NCBI GenBank assembly: GCA_018985225.1
Contig: JADGIF010000615.1
Span: 1-5,937, forward strand
Direction of reading: 5' to 3'
DNA: 5,937 nt
DNA from: Amoeboradix gromovi X-113
Taxonomy: Eukaryota; Fungi; Sanchytriomycota
The number at the start of each line of letters is the position of its first letter. The stretch's first letter is position 1. A program made the position numbers and the translations under genes. The notes beneath the pieces were generated by a model. That model was not told the origin of the DNA, ran no database searches, and saw only the letters and a program-made list of their open reading frames with translations. Positions 1-5,937 of the stretch are shown one piece after another.

Positions 1-2
1 GT

Positions 3-143
3 AGTGCAAGCGTGATCAATCACTGTAACGGAGCATATAGCACTGCTAGCTTCTCTGAAAATTCTCGATTTTCTCGGAAATCAGGAGTTTTAACTAGGGG
101 TTTGAGAAATAAAATCTATACGACAATAGTAAATAATTTTTAA
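3..143 (+). CDS. Possible 3' end of an upstream gene (partial)
   Basis: One frame is open from the window edge to TAA at 141-143 (SASVINHCNGAYS..IVNNF*). No recognisable motif. Confidence 0.2.
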   Translation, partial: SASVINHCNGAYSTASFSENSRFSRKSGVLTRGLRNKIYTTIVNNF

Positions 144-197
144 GTTAAAATCTATGCCAGACAGGCTATATATTCTACATTAAACATTTCTCCTTGT

Positions 198-995
198 ATG
201 TTTACAAGTTTATACATCGCGACCTGTTCATTAATGGGAGCAAGTATAATTCTATTCCTTCAGGGCATTTTGAACGTATTTCTGGTATTTAACAGTGGAT
301 TTTTACTCTATTGCTCAATAACAGGACTGGTTTCTTGTTTGCTAGTTGCCTTCTTGATATACCCTTTCATATTTTACAAATTAGAAAACATTTTTCTGAT
401 ATCTGTGCCATTATCTGTGTTCTGGTTCCTTATGATTCTGTCCACCACGTGGTTATATTGCCGCAGAGTTGTAACTCTAGGACACTCGTTAAAAGTAGAT
501 GGAGTGATAAAAGCCATTCCATTCATATTCATTATAATAGAGATACCAACTGCTGTTGCAATTGTATTTGACTCTAGTTCATACGAAAACCATCATATCT
601 ATCTGAATGTTTCTCTGTGGTTTACTGTAATTGCTATTTTCTTAGAATCCTTTTTGTATGCAGTTCTATTAAAAAAGCTGTATCCTCTAATGAATAAACC
701 AAATGATTCACTGATAATTCTGATACAAAATACAAGGATTGCTCTTGTGCTTCTAATCCTTGCTAAATTCATTATAATTATTGCAAAACTTTTACAGTCG
801 CAAATTGATATGAGCCTAAGACCATTTATAACGCTAATGAGATTGAATATCGTGTTGCAGTTCTATGGCCGTCGACTTGAAAAACTGAATGTCAAATTTC
901 AAGCTAAATTAGTTCGTAGGATACGACGATCTGGCAATAAAGAAATGAATGTTAGTTCAAGAGATTCGATCTTAGATGAAGTAATATTGATTTGA
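198..995 (+). CDS. Multi-pass membrane protein, ~7 TM helices with a basic cytoplasmic C-tail (GPCR-like topology), function unknown
   Basis: 265-aa ATG..TGA ORF. It has six clear hydrophobic segments and a weaker seventh: SLYIAT..VFLVF, GFLLY..PFIFY, IFLISV..WLYC, VIKAIP..AIVF, IYLNV..AVLL, IALVLL..AKLL and MSLRPF..LQFY. A K/R-rich tail follows. No recognisable enzyme motif. Confidence 0.8.
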   Translation: MFTSLYIATCSLMGASIILFLQGILNVFLVFNSGFLLYCSITGLVSCLLVAFLIYPFIFYKLENIFLISVPLSVFWFLMILSTTWLYCRRVVTLGHSLKVDGVIKAIPFIFIIIEIPTAVAIVFDSSSYENHHIYLNVSLWFTVIAIFLESFLYAVLLKKLYPLMNKPNDSLIILIQNTRIALVLLILAKFIIIIAKLLQSQIDMSLRPFITLMRLNIVLQFYGRRLEKLNVKFQAKLVRRIRRSGNKEMNVSSRDSILDEVILI

Positions 996-1016
996 TTAAC
1001 AAAATATATGAGCGAT

Positions 1017-2625
1017 TTATTCATCTTCCCACTCTACATTGACATCGCCTATTTTATCCAATCCTGTCAGACTTTCTATGGATTTAGGGTCTACTAGGCA
1101 TTTTAATATGAAATCTAGTCCATTTGCTTTAATGTTGTTCATGATTATGGCTGAACATGCTGTACACTTATCATAGGCTACGCCAGTTGAAGACATATAG
1201 GTATTCTGGGTCATAAATAATCTAACTTGCTGCGGCATATCTCCTAGCAAAGGCTGCTGCATCAGTGATACCAATATTTCGCTTATTAGTCCACTAGCTA
1301 TAAATGATAATCCTGGTCTGGTTACGGTACATTGCTGGTCCAACGTTCTATCTTGCAATGACTAGATTAGTACAAACTACGTTTACTGGTGCCACCACAT
1401 CACTGCAAAAGTAGCATCCTTGTTCTTCTGAATGTTTAAGAGCAAGCAAGGAATCAAACCCAAGCGCAGCTGTCAAAACTATCTTATTTTCATACCTACC
1501 AAGGGTAGTTGGAAGCCACCTTGATTCTCGACTATCCGTCAGCAAAAATATGGCATCATGCACCTTAATTAGTTCCCAGAGTTGAACCGTGTCACTGGAC
1601 GTTGTGTCGGATACATGATCAGGCATTGGAATTCTAATATTAATTGCTTCAACGGTAGCATAAGGTGCAATATCCATGATTCTTAATTTTGCTGATTCTA
1701 CTTTTGATTTTCCCACATCATGAACGGTGTAAAGGGATTGCCGAATTGGATTGGAATATGAAACATTACCAGAATCAACTAAAGTGAAATGCAAAACACC
1801 CCAGCCCAATAAGCATCGAATAACATTGCAGCCTAATGTACCTGCGCCCAGTATCAAACACTTTATACCTGTGTTCTTTTTTAAGTCAAAATCTGGTAAA
1901 ATACGCCACTTCATCAAGGATAGGTTCAACATTGAAGATTCCAAAACCAAAGTAGCAGGGTCTAGTATTGATTTTAGATCAACTAGCCGGATAGGCAAGT
2001 GGATACAATTGATAGAAACAGACCCGCTTTCAGACACCACTACAGCAAAAGATTTATTTTGACTATAAACATGAATCTGTGTATTTAAAGCAACTGAATT
2101 AGCTACATTTTTGATAATGTTGTGGTGAGACAGCTTCATTGTATTTCGAATAAGATAGACAGAGTGATTTAAGTCATTTGCAACGATACCATCAGGGTAT
2201 GAAACAACAGATGCTAACTTTTCGAATTGGACATCGATGGGTTCTATAGGTGTGAATTTACGGCTAGGATTTTCAACGTTTAAATGAATGATTTTATACT
2301 GAAACAAGTACTGCTTTATGTCGGCATATACATGTAGTTCAAAGAAGGTTAAATTTTTGAAATCTTTCAACTTTTCATTAGCTAGTTCCAATGACAATGC
2401 AGAGTCATGCAATACTAAGACACCTTTGACACCATGCGAATTGGAAAAGTGCTGAACCCTAAGGATATCGTTGATGATTTCAGCATAAATGGTAATCGTA
2501 GGATTGTTTAGTTTCCACTCATTAACTTTTTTGTCAGCTAGAGTTTTTAAGAACAATGGATGAATTATGAAGTTGAGGTTTTTGAAATTAAAATATTCTA
2601 CTGGATTCTCCACACTATGTTTCAT
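1017..2625 (-). CDS. ATG7: Autophagy E1-like activating enzyme Atg7, spliced: join(complement 1381..2625, 1017..1361), 529 aa
   Basis: Atg7 motifs occur in order: N-terminal FLKTLADKKVNEWKL, NLSLMKWRILP, GAGTLG (ATP binding), VSYSNPIRQSLY, DSRESRWLP, AALGFDS, GCYFC (Zn), RTLDQQCTVTRPG (catalytic Cys), CTACS (Zn) and an acidic EWEDE tail. The ORF-track starts at 2679 and 1358 are TTG codons. The first in-frame ATG is at 2625. Exons of 1245 and 345 nt give 530 codons. Confidence 0.96.
1362..1380 (-). other. Ultra-short spliceosomal intron (19 nt, phase 0) in ATG7
   Basis: The minus strand reads AAC|GTAGTTTGTACTAATCTAG|TCA, with a GT donor, TACTAAT branch-like motif and TAG acceptor. Removal gives [23 protein letters not shown], colinear with the conserved CYFCxDVVAPxDSxxDRTLDQxC. 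An alternative donor at 1386 would give 25 nt. Confidence 0.85.
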
Positions 2626-2768
2626 GAGAATGTACGATAAATATGGGTTGCCCAATATTAAGAAAGTCCTGAACACCAATTAAATCACAAGGTATTAAGA
2701 CATTTGAAATTAATGAGGCACCAATCATTGTTGTTTTAACGCAACTTAACCTTTTTGTCACTTGTCCC
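2626..2768. promoter_or_regulatory. Putative bidirectional promoter / 5' UTRs between ATG7 and the DH-Sec7 gene
   Basis: Only 143 nt separate the two divergent ATGs (2625 on -, 2769 on +). Inferred from gene geometry alone. Confidence 0.5.
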
Positions 2769-4838
2769 ATGGTACATGAAGAGCTCTTATTAAAAACACA
2801 AGATATATTGCAAACTAAATTAGACCCAAAGATTGGAATTGTCAAATACATTTTAAAACCAAAGTTCCTGGATAACTTTGCGAAAAAATTTGATACTAAT
2901 GCAAATATGACTTACATCAAACTGTGTCATTCTAGAGGTATCGAATTTATTAATGAGACGCACTTGAAGAATAAGAATGAAGAAATTGGCGTTATAATGG
3001 CTTCACTGGGTAGAATTTTTGAGAGTGTAGATCCTGTTGAAAAAAAGAGGTCTTCAGCAACCCTAAATCAACACAAGAATGTTTATAATCTCTCTGTTTT
3101 TCCCGTTGGTAAAAAACAAGTAATGGCTGTGCACTTAAAAGAACTTCTTACGGATGAAAAAGATTATTTGTTGGAGTTGACTAGAAATCTAAATCAATTA
3201 GATTTGGTGTACTCAAATAATCCTATAAGGTCCTATTGTAAGCATATAATTAGGCACCACTCAGAGCTTTATGATAGTTTAAAACATCTTGAAAATGTTG
3301 ACAGTCTACCAAAAGTTTTTAGGTCATTTGCTAATGCTACTCTATTAAGTATATATTGCAATTATGCTGGGTATTACAAGCTAGACAAACAGCTTTCATC
3401 TTCGATATTTACTTTCATGGTACCTTTAAATAGATTCGAAATATACTCTAAAAATATGCTCAAGTTATATTACAACACAAAAAATCCAAAGTTTCGAACA
3501 TTGTCAAAAGAACTCAAAGAATTCCAAACTAAAATAACCAACTCAAACATAAAATCAAAACTGAGCTGTGAAAAGGAAAAAGACCTTGTATCATCGACTG
3601 TTACGAAAATGGCAACAGGAGCTAGTCAAGTCTCTAACAACATACCAAATTGTGATGCATTGATCCCCGTATACGGTGACTTCATAGCTCAGGGTGCAGT
3701 TTGGGAAGTTTTAAATTCAAATGCAATTAAAGAGCGCACGTTATATCTATACTCTTCTGCTTTAATTGTAGCCAAAGATTTGAATGATGGAACAGAGGCA
3801 TTTGAAACTCGTAGCTGTTTGGCCTTAAAGTCTTATTGTATCAAAGCAAATCGAAATATAAGGAGACCTGCTCCGAGGTTGAAAAAGCACGTAATTGAAA
3901 CCATAAAAGTGTTCAACGATACCCCAATCAGAGGAATAGAGATGATATTGAACGAAAAACAAGAGAATCAACCTACAAATCGGTTCATCTGTACTTTTCT
4001 TCACAAAACACCGGGATTAGATAAGTTGGCAGTTGTTGACTACCTGTGCACCAATGATGAATTGATGGAACTATTTATGAATTGGTTTGATACCACTTTG
4101 GAAAATATGAGGATTGATTTGGCACTTCGGTTGTTGTTGAGTCAAGTAACACTGCCATTGGACGCTAGTAAAATGCAAAAAATATTGGACTGCTTCTCAA
4201 AAGTTTATCTAAAATTTAACCCAATGGTTAGCAAGTCATTTGAAGACATCTCAAGATTATTTCAATCACTAATTTTGTTCGACAAGGAGTTGGACTGGAG
4301 CATTGATGAGTTTGCAGTAAATTTAGACGGGTATGCTAATTTGATTGATAGTGACACGCTAAATGATATGTATGTGAATCTGCAAGAGAATGCGCTATTT
4401 ATAGAACCATTATCACGTAAAAGAAAGGTAATTGACATTACGTCAGTTCCAGAGTATCTCATAATGGATGAAATGGTAACAGTGTCAATAAGTATACCAG
4501 ATATAGATCATAACCTGAAAATATTAGTAGTAGGACAAGATATGATTATAAGCCCTTCACTCTTGGAATTTGATCAAACTACAACAACGTTTACAATCTT
4601 TCCAAGCAAATCAGGAAGGAAAAAAATATTCTTTGTAGCATACGGAAACAACGCTCCGATTTATGAAGATGTAGGCCCCCATACTATAACTGTTGAAAGG
4701 GAATTTATGAAAAATACATTTTTACTGCAGGGAATGAATGAAGCTAAAAACTGCAAATTTTTATTCGCAGTGGCTACTTCTGATCAGAAGATTCACTGGA
4801 TTAAAAGCTTGGAGAGCACTGGACTGAGATTCAAATAA
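2769..4838 (+). CDS. RhoGEF (DH) + split PH + Sec7 domain protein, 689 aa
   Basis: DH motifs LKELLTDEKDYLLEL and PLNRFEIY (~3111-3550). PH N-half YGDFIAQG..KERTLYLYSSALIVAK (~3672-3855). Sec7 motifs FNDTPIRGIEMI, FLHKTPGLDKLAVVDYL and IDLALRLLLSQVTLPLDASKMQKILDCFSKVYLKFNP (~3891-4400). A beta-rich module (~4430-4700). PH C-half KFLFAVATSDQKIHWIKSL at the C-terminus. Confidence 0.88.
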   Translation: MVHEELLLKTQDILQTKLDPKIGIVKYILKPKFLDNFAKKFDTNANMTYIKLCHSRGIEFINETHLKNKNEEIGVIMASLGRIFESVDPVEKKRSSATLNQHKNVYNLSVFPVGKKQVMAVHLKELLTDEKDYLLELTRNLNQLDLVYSNNPIRSYCKHIIRHHSELYDSLKHLENVDSLPKVFRSFANATLLSIYCNYAGYYKLDKQLSSSIFTFMVPLNRFEIYSKNMLKLYYNTKNPKFRTLSKELKEFQTKITNSNIKSKLSCEKEKDLVSSTVTKMATGASQVSNNIPNCDALIPVYGDFIAQGAVWEVLNSNAIKERTLYLYSSALIVAKDLNDGTEAFETRSCLALKSYCIKANRNIRRPAPRLKKHVIETIKVFNDTPIRGIEMILNEKQENQPTNRFICTFLHKTPGLDKLAVVDYLCTNDELMELFMNWFDTTLENMRIDLALRLLLSQVTLPLDASKMQKILDCFSKVYLKFNPMVSKSFEDISRLFQSLILFDKELDWSIDEFAVNLDGYANLIDSDTLNDMYVNLQENALFIEPLSRKRKVIDITSVPEYLIMDEMVTVSISIPDIDHNLKILVVGQDMIISPSLLEFDQTTTTFTIFPSKSGRKKIFFVAYGNNAPIYEDVGPHTITVEREFMKNTFLLQGMNEAKNCKFLFAVATSDQKIHWIKSLESTGLRFK

Positions 4839-5601
4839 ACTTGTGTCATGATAATTTGGCCTTTTTTCAATTCCATTGTCGCTCACTGAATTAAACAATT
4901 TAGAGATCAGACAGAAACTAGGAAAAGTGTCATTGACACATCTCATAATATCAAGATCACCACTTCCATTTTATGTCATTAAATTAGCAAGTGGTGCACT
5001 GTACTAGTAATTAATCCGTCTTATGTACCCACAGGATAATTATCGTGGTTGGTTTCTGTAAAATTGCGCAAACTTGAGCATCAGTTGTAGTAAATAGTTT
5101 GTTTGCCTCATATTTGATATTGCACATAAAGAAGAACTAAACAAAAGATGTTCATACGCAAACCACACCAAACTGCTTCAATGCTACCAGAGTCACGGTG
5201 CCTTTCCAATTGCAAAAATGTCTCAAATCAATAGAGTCCTTGAAGCCTGTTGAAAACGGATGAAAGGCCAAATTTGCAGAGAAGATATGATGGCAGAACT
5301 ATTTCGCCTAATTTCTAGATGACAAACGTGGTACTTCTGCAAAAATTAGTCTAGCCTTTAAAAATATGTCCCAAGATAATAGCCAAATACTGCCAAAAAC
5401 GATTACACATCCAGTTAAAGAGGTACAAAAACCATCTCATAGATAACTCAAGATGCTTAAGGGAGTAAAATTTAAAATATGGTGGCTTCCTAGTAGCTAT
5501 AGGATAAATCTCGTTTCATTCTAATAAACATCATATGCTAGTCTGTTTGGATGCTAAAATAGTACTTACTGTAGTAATTGTAACTGCCATTACCAAAGTA
5601 A

Positions 5602-5696
5602 ATCACTATTGATTACTCTATCTTGCTTTCTCATAAATCGGACACAGTTTCTCTTTGGTTAAAGAGTTCCTTGACACATTGACAATCAATAGTGAT
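5602..5696. repeat. 13-bp perfect inverted repeat with a 69-nt spacer
   Basis: ATCACTATTGATT (5602-5614) is the exact reverse complement of AATCAATAGTGAT (5684-5696). Confidence 0.7.
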
Positions 5697-5937
5697 CGCG
5701 GAATCTGCACTATTGCTGATTGACTAAAACTTTATTGAAGGACTAAGAAGATTAAATGAAAAAAGCTTGTATTGTAGTAAGGAATTGAGAATAAAATGTA
5801 AAAATGGTTACTACAAAAGGGACATCAAATATAAAAACTGGACTAACTTTCAGTAACAAATTGGAACATTATTTCAGCTTTATTAATTTTATGGATTTAA
5901 GAGGCGAGTGGACATTCAGCTAGTTGCGGAGTTGACG

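Noticed and set aside
51-79. Heat-shock element-like GAAnnTTC array / small hairpin
   Set aside because: Only two adjacent perfect units, which is expected by chance.
110-155. TAAAATCTAT direct repeat and a GTAAATAATTTTTAAG intron-like 16-mer (129-144)
   Set aside because: The repeat is short and AT-rich. Splicing would join a frame with stops and no ATG.
311-571. 86-aa ORF
   Set aside because: Alternative frame inside the membrane protein gene with no motif.
1017-1358. 113-aa ORF as a separate gene (split or pseudogenised ATG7)
   Set aside because: It starts at TTG and is exon 2 of ATG7. A GT-AG intron joins it exactly to exon 1.
1751-2062. 103-aa ORF
   Set aside because: Antisense shadow of conserved ATG7 coding sequence.
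2626-2679. N-terminal extension MVFRTFLILG.. of ATG7
   Set aside because: It begins at TTG. The ATG at 2625 matches the usual Atg7 N-terminal length.
2615-2851. 78-aa minus-strand ORF
   Set aside because: Overlaps both real gene starts and has no recognisable features.
4262-4462. 66-aa minus-strand ORF
   Set aside because: Antisense shadow within the Sec7 region.
4761-4946. 61-aa minus-strand ORF
   Set aside because: Short, overlaps the GEF 3' end, and has no motif.
5276-5330. U6 snRNA-like CAGAGAAGAT..ATGGC
   Set aside because: The ACAGAGA box is imperfect, the AGC triad and internal stem-loop are missing, and there is no matching 5' stem.
1-5937. Prokaryotic ThiF/E1-based defence system or a non-standard genetic code
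   Set aside because: The E1 is clearly eukaryotic Atg7 with an intron, next to DH/Sec7 domains. The long ORFs read through in the standard code and end in TAA/TGA.

Overview
AT-rich, gene-dense eukaryotic DNA, most likely from an early-diverging fungus (inferred, not proven). It holds three genes. (1) An apparently intronless 265-aa protein with about 7 TM helices (198-995, +). (2) The autophagy E1-like enzyme ATG7 on the minus strand (1017-2625). The ORF track splits it in two, but a 19-nt GT-AG intron (1362-1380) rejoins it precisely. (3) A divergently transcribed 689-aa protein (2769-4838, +) with a RhoGEF DH domain and a PH domain apparently split by an inserted Sec7 domain (catalytic Glu replaced by Asp) plus a beta-rich module. 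The last ~1.1 kb has no convincing ORF but contains a 13-bp perfect inverted repeat. The most notable signal is the ultra-short intron beside the ATG7 catalytic Cys.
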